Of a DNA stretch of 32,000 nt, positions 8,690-16,799 are shown in pieces. Both the position numbers and the translations under genes were made by a program. The stretch's first letter is position 1; every line of letters begins with the position of its first letter. This DNA is from Acaryochloris marina S15. Lineage in GTDB: Bacteria; Cyanobacteriota; Cyanobacteriia; Thermosynechococcales; Thermosynechococcaceae. Where the stretch lies: NCBI RefSeq assembly GCF_018336915.1, contig NZ_CP064923.1, positions 750,001 to 782,000 on the forward strand. The letters are read 5' to 3'. The notes below the pieces were generated by a model that had not been told where the DNA came from, ran no database searches, and was given only the letters and a program-made list of their open reading frames with translations.

Positions 8690-10972
8690 ATGTCTACACT
8701 GCACCTGTTTGGAATTCGCCATCATGGACCGGGCTCAGCCCGGAGTTTGCGACAGAGCTTAGAAAGCCTAGAGCCTGATTTGATTTTGGTGGAGGGGCCA
8801 CCGGATGCTGCGGGCGTAATTGACCAGATAGTGAGTCCAGACATGAGTCCGCCTGTCGCGATTTTGATCTATTCACCGGAGCAACCTCAGCAAGCCGTTT
8901 ATTACCCTTTTGCGGTCTTTTCACCCGAATGGCAGGCGTTAGACTATGGCCTACAACAGCAGGTCCCGGTGCAGTGGATGGACTTACCCCAGACCCACCA
9001 GCTTGCTTTGCGACAGCAGCTTGATCAACAGTTTGAACCCCCCGAAGCAGATAGTGATGCTGAGAATTTATCACCTGAGTCTGCTCTACCGGAGATTCGG
9101 CATGATCCGCTCTTTTGGTTAGCCCAAGCTGCTGGATTCAATGATAGTGAACGCTGGTGGGAGCGAATGGTGGAACAGCGATCTGAAACCACCGATTTGT
9201 TCCCCGCCATTGTGGAAGCGATGACAGCCCTGCGATTAGAGATGGAAAAAGACCATCCGCCGGATCTCAATAACAATCGGGATTACCGAGAAGCCTTGCG
9301 AGAAGCCTATATGCGGCAAACGATCCGCAAAGCTAAAAAAGCAGGGCATGAAAAAATTGCGATTATTTGTGGGGCTTGGCATACGCCTGCTTTGGCAGAA
9401 CCTTTCCCACCGGCTAAGCAGGATACGGCTTTACTGAAAGGCTTACCTAAACTGAAGGTGACCTCCACCTGGATTCCCTGGACCTATGAACGGCTGGCAG
9501 ATCGCAGTGGCTATGGCGCTGGGATTGCTGCTCCCGGCTGGTATCACCATTTATGGACTGCATCGGATCAACCCACGATTTATTGGTTGACCCATGTGGC
9601 TCGACTGTTGCGTCAGGCCGATGTGGATGCCTCCTCGGCTAGCGTGATTGAGGCGGTGCGGTTGGCCAATTCTTTAGCGGCGCTGCGAGATTGCCCCACA
9701 CCTGGTTTGCCGGAACTGAATGAAGCGGCCCAGACGGTCCTCTGCTTTGGAGATGACCTGCCGTTGCGGCTTATTCATGAACGATTGATTATCAGCGATC
9801 GCATGGGGCAAGTCCCGGACGATACGCCGATGGTGCCCTTACAGGTGGATTTGCAGCGTTGGCAGAAAAAGCTGCGCCTCAAACCTCAGGTGACGTCCAA
9901 GGAATTGGCTCTGGATTTGCGAAAGCCGAATGATTTGTTGCGATCGCAACTTTTGCATCGTCTCAATTTACTGGGAATTCCTTGGGGCCGCCCTACCTTT
10001 AGTCGCGGTAAAGGCACCTTCAAAGAAGCGTGGATGCTAGAGTGGCAGCCTGAGTTTGAGATTGCCTTAATTGAAGCAGGTCAATGGGGAAATACGATTG
10101 AAGTTGCAACGACAGCCTATGCCTGTGATGTGGCTGAAAAGGCTCCCAATTTACCGAAATTGACTGAGCTGTTAGACCAAGTGCTATTGGCGGCTCTTCC
10201 CGAAGCGATTGCCCAACTGATGCTCTGCTTGCAGGCTGAAGCTGCAGTCGCCAGCGATGTGGTGCATCTGATGTCGGCCTTACCGTCTTTGGCCCAAATC
10301 CTGCGGTATCGCGATGTCCGCCAAACGGATACGGATGTTGTGGCCCATGTGGTGGATGGCTTAGTCACTCGCATCTGTATTGGTTTACCGGGGGCTTGTG
10401 CGTCCCTGGATGATGACGCGGCAGCCATGATGGATCAGCAAATTATGCAAACCCACAGCGCGATTAATTTGCTGCAAAATCAGGACCACCAGCAGATGTG
10501 GTGGATGGTGGTACAACAACTGGCCCATCGAGAGAGTTTGCATGGATTGCTGGGCGGTCGCTGTTGTCGGTTACTGCTGGATGGGGGACAGTTCGAACCT
10601 GCAAGAGCGGCCCAACGGTTGGGGTTAGCGTTATCCTTGGCGACGGAACCGACTCAAGCAGCAGCCTGGATTGAAGGCTTTCTCAAGGGCAGTGGCCTGT
10701 TGTTACTCCACAATCAGGAGATTTGGCAGGTGCTGGATCAGTGGGTTTGTGAATTGGCACCGGATACTTTTGTAACGCTGTTACCGTTGCTGCGGCGGAC
10801 GTTCTCGACGTTTCCGGCAGCAGAACGGCGACAAATGGGAGAACGAGTGACGCAAGGAAGTGTGGGGACTGGATTGCAGGGTTGGGAATCGGAGGTATTG
10901 GATTGCGATCGCGCTGAAAAAGTCTTACCTCTGGTGGCCCAACTCCTCGGACTGTCTGCACCCAATTTATAA
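8690..10972 (+). CDS. DUF5682-family protein (large conserved protein of unknown function)
   Basis: 760-aa ORF with ordinary codon texture and four HIP1 sites. The N-terminus LHLFGIRHHGPGSARSLRQSLESLEPDLILVEGPPDA matches my memory of the DUF5682 family signature (..GIRHHGPGSAR..PD.VL.EGP.). No catalytic motif recognised. Confidence 0.6.
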   Translation: MSTLHLFGIRHHGPGSARSLRQSLESLEPDLILVEGPPDAAGVIDQIVSPDMSPPVAILIYSPEQPQQAVYYPFAVFSPEWQALDYGLQQQVPVQWMDLPQTHQLALRQQLDQQFEPPEADSDAENLSPESALPEIRHDPLFWLAQAAGFNDSERWWERMVEQRSETTDLFPAIVEAMTALRLEMEKDHPPDLNNNRDYREALREAYMRQTIRKAKKAGHEKIAIICGAWHTPALAEPFPPAKQDTALLKGLPKLKVTSTWIPWTYERLADRSGYGAGIAAPGWYHHLWTASDQPTIYWLTHVARLLRQADVDASSASVIEAVRLANSLAALRDCPTPGLPELNEAAQTVLCFGDDLPLRLIHERLIISDRMGQVPDDTPMVPLQVDLQRWQKKLRLKPQVTSKELALDLRKPNDLLRSQLLHRLNLLGIPWGRPTFSRGKGTFKEAWMLEWQPEFEIALIEAGQWGNTIEVATTAYACDVAEKAPNLPKLTELLDQVLLAALPEAIAQLMLCLQAEAAVASDVVHLMSALPSLAQILRYRDVRQTDTDVVAHVVDGLVTRICIGLPGACASLDDDAAAMMDQQIMQTHSAINLLQNQDHQQMWWMVVQQLAHRESLHGLLGGRCCRLLLDGGQFEPARAAQRLGLALSLATEPTQAAAWIEGFLKGSGLLLLHNQEIWQVLDQWVCELAPDTFVTLLPLLRRTFSTFPAAERRQMGERVTQGSVGTGLQGWESEVLDCDRAEKVLPLVAQLLGLSAPNL

Positions 10973-10985
10973 GCACTGCGATGGG

Positions 10986-12179
10986 CTACGAGTGTTGGAT
11001 AGCTTGTTGTGCCTGTTCTCGTTTGTCCACAATATCTTGTCTATTGGAATCATCCACTAAAACATGGTTATAGGCTGAGATGGCAGCCTCATAGTGCTTG
11101 AACTGGAACAGCAGATCTCCATATTGACTCCAAGATTGGTCATCATCTGGATCAAATGGAACCAGGTGCGGATAAGCCTGAATGAAGGTTGCATGACAAT
11201 CTTCTACCAAAGAAAGCCTCAACACTTCGAGATTGAGGTCTCTGGAAATCCATAGGTTTGTGTGTAACTCTAATCGCAAATCATCGATGTAATCTTGCAG
11301 TGTAGGCTTGACCTGCCGAAAAGACGGAACATCATCAAAATTGCCATACACATTCACACTCCCAGAACTCAAAAGAATAAGGTAGACCACAAACCATCGT
11401 TTATTCTCTGGGTGAGTTTGACTACGCCGCTCCCTGAATTCACGAATCAGCGGTTCCAATGCCTCAGCATGTTTGATCATCCTTTGACTACACCCACGAT
11501 GCATTTCAAAACAAGATCCTGCAATTTGTATTTCAAAATCGCTGAGTGAAGATTCTGTGGGGAAGTATGGTGACATAACATCAGCGATCTGGTGCATAAG
11601 ATCTTCTTCCCATGGAGCAACTTTTTCACGCTGCTGGATATGTTTTTGATCCAGCCAATCCCAGATGTCGGGGTGATTTTTACTTGGATCAAAGAGGAGT
11701 TCTTCACGAGTTCTAGGTATGATTTGCACAACCTCGTGTAGCCATATATCGACTTCATCAATCCAGCCGTTATTCGGATCAGTCTCAAAGTCAGACCGAC
11801 AACAATAATCCCAAAAAGTATCCTGTATCAGTCTTTCTAAAAACTCTTCCAGTGAGTTGGCAAGAACTAAGCCTCCGCTTTCATGAATGATTACGATAGG
11901 TGCATTGTCAGGAGAACAATCTTCATAAAACCAATATCCAACCCTATCTCCTACGCTGCTAAGCATAAAAATACCGAAATGGTTAGCTAGGTCGTTGCCG
12001 TTCTTGATGTAATAGTCATCAAAGAATACTCCTTTTAAGAGTGGCTCTTCATCACAGTGGTAGTAGCGATATTTTTGGTGGAGAAGCGTCAACAACTCTA
12101 TCAGCCGCTCGGGCAAGGCGATTGAGCGGGGAAAATGTTGCCGAATACTTGGTAAATCAATAAATCTATCGTTTTCCAT
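10986..12179 (-). CDS. SMI1/KNR4 (SUKH)-like domain protein with a long uncharacterised C-terminal extension and a TPR-like end
   Basis: N-terminal roughly 120 aa (LPERLIELL..GIFMLSSVGDRVGYWFYED..APIVIIHESGGLVLANSLEEFLERLI) look like a SUKH-1/SMI1_KNR4 fold. The C-terminus WSQYGDLLFQFKHYEAAISAYNHVL is TPR-like. ATG at 12179 (GTG at 12182 is listed). GC looks lower than in neighbouring genes and no HIP1 was seen. Confidence 0.45.
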   Translation of the reverse strand: MENDRFIDLPSIRQHFPRSIALPERLIELLTLLHQKYRYYHCDEEPLLKGVFFDDYYIKNGNDLANHFGIFMLSSVGDRVGYWFYEDCSPDNAPIVIIHESGGLVLANSLEEFLERLIQDTFWDYCCRSDFETDPNNGWIDEVDIWLHEVVQIIPRTREELLFDPSKNHPDIWDWLDQKHIQQREKVAPWEEDLMHQIADVMSPYFPTESSLSDFEIQIAGSCFEMHRGCSQRMIKHAEALEPLIREFRERRSQTHPENKRWFVVYLILLSSGSVNVYGNFDDVPSFRQVKPTLQDYIDDLRLELHTNLWISRDLNLEVLRLSLVEDCHATFIQAYPHLVPFDPDDDQSWSQYGDLLFQFKHYEAAISAYNHVLVDDSNRQDIVDKREQAQQAIQHS

Positions 12180-12456
12180 CACGAAAGTGCCATTGGTTGA
12201 ACTGAAGAAATTGCCGTTACCAAAGCTGCTGTTAATGCGTCTGATAAGCTGATTATTCCCCGCAATCCAGTCTTATACCAACAGGTATTTACTCCCATCC
12301 CAGCATAAGATTGGGTATTCAGATTCTTGATAAATAAGAATTTCAATGATATTTAGATGCACGATCTTATGGCGGGAAGGGAGTAATGCGATGGGATCTC
12401 TAGCTTCTCTAACTCCCTGAAGCACCACCACTAGAAACTTGTTCTCAAACATTGCT

Positions 12457-13239
12457 ATGAGAATTTTGTATCCCTGCAACCCGCTAGAGTCTCAAGAACC
12501 CGATCAACCGTTTACGGACGAATTTGTGGCAGTTCAGCAATTGGGAATCCCCGTTTCCTTGTTTGCTTACGATGATTTGAGTTTTGGCGATTTTAAGCCT
12601 CGGCCCCGTATTGAGTCCGGTGAAGCGATTTTATATCGTGGCTGGATGTTTAATCTCACTGCTTATCAAGCCTTGACCGATTTTATCGGCAAGAGAGGAG
12701 GGATTCCAGTAACCTCAGCCGCAGATTATGCCCATTGTCACCATCTCAATCAGTGGTATTCCGCCTGTGCTGATCTGACCCCAGAAACGGTATTTCTGGA
12801 AAAAGGCTCCAACTATCTGGAACAAATCTCTCATTTGAATTGGGACGCTTACTTTATCAAAGACTTTGTGAAATCCAACACCGATGCCCAAGGGTCCATT
12901 GCCAATACCCCAGAGCAAGCGGTCAATATTATCGAGCGGATTGAACAATATCGGGGAGAGATTGAAGGGGGTGTTGCTGTGCGTAGAGTAGAGCAGTTTC
13001 AGTCTCAATCAGAACAGAGATATTTCGTGGTCAATGGCACTGCGTATTCGCCCACTTCTAAAGTGCCTGCCATTGTTGAAACTGTAACTCAACGAATAGA
13101 TGCTCCTTTCTACTCCGTTGATGTCGCCCAAACTTTAGAAGGCCAAGAGCGGATCGTAGAGTTAGGAGATGGCCAAGTCTCAGAACGCAAAATGTGGCCC
13201 CTCGACCGATTTGTCAAAATGCTTGCTCACATGGGCTAG
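12457..13239 (+). CDS. ATP-grasp domain-containing protein (small stand-alone type)
   Basis: The ORF is listed from TTG 12439; the first ATG at 12457 gives MRILYPCNP... The sequence resembles stand-alone cyanobacterial ATP-grasp proteins as I recall them (MRILYPC.P...YRGWM...FIKDFVKS...RYFV..G......SVDVAQ...G...IVELGDGQVS). Family call from memory only. Confidence 0.5.
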   Translation: MRILYPCNPLESQEPDQPFTDEFVAVQQLGIPVSLFAYDDLSFGDFKPRPRIESGEAILYRGWMFNLTAYQALTDFIGKRGGIPVTSAADYAHCHHLNQWYSACADLTPETVFLEKGSNYLEQISHLNWDAYFIKDFVKSNTDAQGSIANTPEQAVNIIERIEQYRGEIEGGVAVRRVEQFQSQSEQRYFVVNGTAYSPTSKVPAIVETVTQRIDAPFYSVDVAQTLEGQERIVELGDGQVSERKMWPLDRFVKMLAHMG

Positions 13240-13313
13240 CGCAGCACTAGAGCTTGCTTTTTTGTCCTTGCTTGAGCGATTATCTGCTATTGCCTGCCCT
13301 AAAACTCAAACCC

Positions 13314-14150
13314 ATGACTGACTCCTCACTGCGCCTGCTGTCTGCTTTTACAACTGATCCAAAAGGGGGGAACCCTGCCGGAGTGTGGATTGGCGATACC
13401 CTGCCAACCCCGGAAACCATGCAGCGAATCGCGGCTGAAGTGGGCTTTTCTGAGACAGCCTTTGTGGTGCCAAAAACTGGATTTGCGCGAACGGTCCGTT
13501 ACTACAGTCCAGAAGTAGAAGTACCCTTTTGTGGACATGCCACCGTTGCAACTGGAGTGGTCCTTGGTGAATTGAGTGGTGAGGGAACGTATCAATTAGC
13601 AACGACCGTAGGAGAAGTCCCTGTGGCTGTCAGTGTCCAAGAGGGGCAATGGCAAGCTTCTTTGACATCTGTAGAACCCACCCATACCCTAGCCTCGGAT
13701 GCATTAGTGGCTGACATCTTGTCTGCTTTGGGTTGGCAATTGGATGAGCTGGATCTATCTATCCCACCGGCTCGGGCTTATGCTGGGGCATGGCATTTGG
13801 TATTGGCCGTTTCCCAAGCAGAGCGGCTGGCTCATTTAGACTACGATTTTGACCGGCTCAAAGTACTGATGCAGCAGGATGGCCTGTTAACGCTACAGTT
13901 AATCTGGCGAGAGAGCCCTCGCATTTTTCATTCCCGTAATCCCTTCCCCGTTGGCGGTGTGGTGGAAGACCCGGCAACGGGGGCAGCGGCGGCAGCTTTA
14001 GGAGGGTATCTGCGGGATGCCCAGTTAATCTCTGTCCCCCATCAGTTTGTGATTCGCCAAGGAGAAGCGATGGGGCGACCTAGTCGGCTGGTGGTGGATA
14101 TTCCTGCTAGCGGTGGAATTGAGGTGAGCGGGATGGCAGTACGCCTCTAA
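13314..14150 (+). CDS. PhzF-family isomerase-like protein
   Basis: Motifs GGNPAGVW, FSETAF, PFCGHATVA and EDPATGAAAAALGGYL are typical of the PhzF/YddE family. ATG at 13314 is more likely than the listed TTG at 13254. The stop TAA at 14148-14150 lies inside the IS target-site duplication. Confidence 0.8.
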   Translation: MTDSSLRLLSAFTTDPKGGNPAGVWIGDTLPTPETMQRIAAEVGFSETAFVVPKTGFARTVRYYSPEVEVPFCGHATVATGVVLGELSGEGTYQLATTVGEVPVAVSVQEGQWQASLTSVEPTHTLASDALVADILSALGWQLDELDLSIPPARAYAGAWHLVLAVSQAERLAHLDYDFDRLKVLMQQDGLLTLQLIWRESPRIFHSRNPFPVGGVVEDPATGAAAAALGGYLRDAQLISVPHQFVIRQGEAMGRPSRLVVDIPASGGIEVSGMAVRL

Positions 14151-14153
14151 GTT
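14145..14153. repeat. Left copy of the 9-bp target-site duplication CTCTAAGTT (right copy at 15660-15668)
   Basis: Identical 9-mers immediately flank both IRs. 9 bp is the TSD length expected for IS50-like elements. Confidence 0.9.
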
Positions 14154-15659
14154 CTGACTTTTCCTGCTAAGTCTTCCAGTGCTTAGTGGGTGGTATTTGT
14201 AGCCCTTAGTCTCAGCCTTGGTTAAAGTAAGTGCAGTGATACCCAGGGAGCATCTAATGAGTCCAGAGCGTTATGAGCAAAATTTTGGAACCTGTGAGTT
14301 GGGTGATCAACGATTGAATCACCGTGCATTCAGTATCGGTCGTTCTCTGAGCGAGAAATTTGGTCAAGCCCTATGACCGTATTTGAGACTGGGAAAGCCC
14401 TCAAACGGTCTTACGAGTTTTCGCAAATGTGAAAACCAGCTTCGCTAAGATTATTTCTCCTCATTGTTCTATGACCGCTTGTAGCGTATCGTCGCAAGAG
14501 ATGACCTTGAGTGTTGGCGACACCACCTTCCTCGACTATGAAGGTATCAAGCAGAAGCGCCAAGGCTATGGTCCCCAAGGCAGAGGGGGGAATGGATTAT
14601 TACTCCATAGTGCCTTAGCCGTTGACCCTGAGCAGGGCCAACCCTTGGGTTTGTTATGGCAAAAAGTGTGGAATCGTCAGCATCGCCCCAAGCCCCCGAA
14701 GAATGAAACGTCCCGACAAAAGAAGAAACGTCAGACCAAAGCGCGTAAAACTGCTCGGGAGCGTCTATTTGAGGAAAAAGAATCCTATCGTTGGGTGGAA
14801 GCACTGCACGCAGTGGAGAAAGCTGTGGGTCCTTCAACTCGTATCATTCATGTCTTTGACCGAGAAGGAGACATTGCTGAAGTCTTTGAACGACTCAATA
14901 CCCTAGACAATACGGGACTCGTGGTTAGAGCCTCTCATAATCGTTGTCTAGAACACGATCCTAATCGCCTGTGGGAAAAGCTGGAAGCCCAGAGTGTTCA
15001 GTTCGAGTATGAGATTGACTTACCTAAAACGAAAGGCCGGAGTGCGCGCACGGCTAAGTTAGCTGTGAGATGTTGTCTTGTTGAACTTCAAAGACCAGCC
15101 CGACTAGCTGCCAGTCAACCCCTTCAGATTTACGCTGTCTATGCAACAGAAGTAGCCCCACCTGAAGGGGAAGAACCAGTGTCATGGATGTTGCTCACTA
15201 GTGAAGTCGTGACAACAGTAGAAATGGCCCAAACCATTTTGCGTTGGTACACCTACCGTTGGCGAGTTGAGGAGTATCACAAAGTTCTAAAATCGGGCAC
15301 TCAGGTGGAGCGATATCGGTTGGCATCTGAGGGAATGAAAACCTTATTGGGATTCCTGTGTGTCACTGCTGTAGAGCTGTTGCGTGTGACTTATTTAGAA
15401 CGAACACAACCTCAATTACCTGCACAAGATGTCCTCACGCCTTTACAGATCAAAGTTCTCATTGCCAAGACCCCGAAGGTACCTAAAACATTAACGGTGG
15501 CATGGGCTGTTCAAGCAGTTGCACGACTCGGGGGATATCTGGAGCATCGTCGAAACACACCGATTGGAATTCAAGTCCTGTGGAAAGGGTGGGCGAAGCT
15601 CAATGACCTGATTGAAGGCTGGCTGTTAGCTACCCAGGAGACTTAGCAGGAAAAGTCAG
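14154..15659 (+). mobile_element. IS4-family (IS50/Tn5-like) insertion sequence, 1506 bp
   Basis: Perfect 21-bp terminal inverted repeats CTGACTTTTCCTGCTAAGTCT (14154-14174) and AGACTTAGCAGGAAAAGTCAG (15639-15659). Perfect 9-bp direct repeat CTCTAAGTT at 14145-14153 and 15660-15668. The IR start CTGACT..TT......AAGT resembles the Tn5 outside end CTGACTCTTATACACAAGT. The internal ORF has Tn5-like DDE motifs. Confidence 0.92.
14257..15646 (+). pseudogene. Tn5-like DDE transposase, with the N-terminal DNA-binding region interrupted by two -1 frame changes
   Basis: Frame 1 from ATG 14257 gives MSPERYEQNFGTCELGDQRLNHRAFSIGRSLSEKFGQAL* (compare Tn5 ..LGDPRRTARLV..). Frame 3 (14373-14432) gives MTVFETGKALKRSYEFSQM*. 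Frame 2 from about 14420 gives FANVKTSFAKIISPH... and runs to 15646. The catalytic core is intact: GDTTFLDY (D), HVFDREGDI (D), YTYRWRVEEYHKVLKSG (E, YREK signature). Confidence 0.85.
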
Positions 15660-15751
15660 CTCTAAGTTAGCTTCGCGTCAGAAGAAGGAGTCGCTTCACC
15701 AAAAGCAGAATATCAACACAGGTAAGGACGGCTGGGTGGAGCATCCTCGCT

Positions 15752-16669
15752 TTATAAAGCTTGGATAGCCTGAGCTACCTGTTCTCGCAACCATTGATGT
15801 TGAGAACTATGGGTATGACGCTGATGCCAAACCATCGAGACCGTAAATCCTGTGATATCCATCGGAGGTGGCAACAATTTTAACCCCATGGCCTTGGCAC
15901 ATTGTTCCGCCATTCGTTTTGGCAATAGCGCCACACAATCTGTTCGAGCCAGCAAAAACGGCACTGACATAAAATGGGGCGTAGACCAAATCACCGACCG
16001 GGCCTGCTGTTGTTCTGCCAAGCGGCGATCCACAATTCCCAGAAAATCATCCCGAAGCGAGACCAGAATGTGAGATCTGGCGACATAATCAGTCAATGAC
16101 ATCTCCGTCAGCGGATTTTCACTACGCACTACACACACAAATTCTTCTTCGTAGAGCGCTTGTTGGTCATGCCAAGGCTTGCGATCTAATTCAGCACCGA
16201 TAAACAGATCTATCCTATTGGCATCCAATGCCGCTAATACCTCATCTTTCTTGGTGCTGCATATCCTAATCTGCACTTGGGGGGCATCAACCATTAGCTT
16301 AGAGAGCACTTGTCCACCGATGGTTGCTTCTACATAGTCATTCGTCGCCATGCGAAAATCTACCTTCGTCGTGGCTGGATCAAAGGTTTCTTTCACTAGC
16401 AGGGTTGCTTGAATATCGGTCAATACCTGCCGCACTTGCCCACTGATTTCACGGGCATAGGGAGTCACTTCCATTTGGCGTTGCGAAACCCGAATCAAGA
16501 TCGGATCGTTCAAGACCTTGCGGAGCCGTTTTAGGGCATGGCTCATGGCCGATTGACTCATATGTAGCCGCTCAGCTGCCTGAGTCACACTCGCTTCAGC
16601 GATCAGAATATCTAAAACCAGCAGTAGATTCAGATCTAGTTGGCGCAGATTGGCATAGTCAAGGGTCAT
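15752..16669 (-). CDS. LysR-family transcriptional regulator
   Basis: N-terminal HTH LDLNLLLVLDILIAEASVTQAAERLHMSQSAMSHALKRLR followed by a roughly 200-aa substrate-binding domain. Divergent from the oxidoreductase gene. Confidence 0.9.
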   Translation of the reverse strand: MTLDYANLRQLDLNLLLVLDILIAEASVTQAAERLHMSQSAMSHALKRLRKVLNDPILIRVSQRQMEVTPYAREISGQVRQVLTDIQATLLVKETFDPATTKVDFRMATNDYVEATIGGQVLSKLMVDAPQVQIRICSTKKDEVLAALDANRIDLFIGAELDRKPWHDQQALYEEEFVCVVRSENPLTEMSLTDYVARSHILVSLRDDFLGIVDRRLAEQQQARSVIWSTPHFMSVPFLLARTDCVALLPKRMAEQCAKAMGLKLLPPPMDITGFTVSMVWHQRHTHSSQHQWLREQVAQAIQAL

Positions 16670-16754
16670 GGGGTTGCTCCTTGGTATGTATGCAATCGAT
16701 GGCAGCTATGCATAGTATTCGTTTGACTAATCTATTTTTCCTTTTTAGTCTACC

Positions 16755-16779
16755 GATAGAGCGTTAGCAATGCTCTATC
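16755..16779. promoter_or_regulatory. Inverted repeat GATAGAGC-N9-GCTCTATC in the LysR/oxidoreductase divergent intergenic region (candidate operator)
   Basis: Exact 8-bp arms at 16755-16762 and 16772-16779, 21 bp upstream of the ATG at 16800. GAGG at 16789-16792 is a plausible RBS. A second motif pair ATGCA..N13..ATGCAT lies about 50 bp further upstream. Confidence 0.4.
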
Positions 16780-16799
16780 TAAAACTTTGAGGTAAAACG

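Noticed and set aside
8694-10976. Several antisense ORFs of 75-126 aa inside the DUF5682 gene (8694-9074, 9025-9276, 10117-10428, 10683-10976, 10738-10965)
   Set aside because: They lie entirely within a long, well-behaved sense ORF in GC-richer DNA. Their products are Ser/Arg/Ala/Pro-rich with no motifs, which is typical of shadow ORFs.
12273-12479. 68-aa minus-strand ORF in the SUKH/ATP-grasp intergenic region
   Set aside because: It overlaps the ATP-grasp start on the opposite strand, and has no motifs and no plausible start context.
14370-14425. Programmed -1 ribosomal frameshifting in the IS transposase
   Set aside because: Neither junction has a canonical X_XXY_YYZ slippery heptamer (GAG TTT TCG re-pairs poorly in -1). 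IS4/IS50 elements are not known to use frameshifting, and two successive events would be needed. Mutation or sequencing error is more likely.
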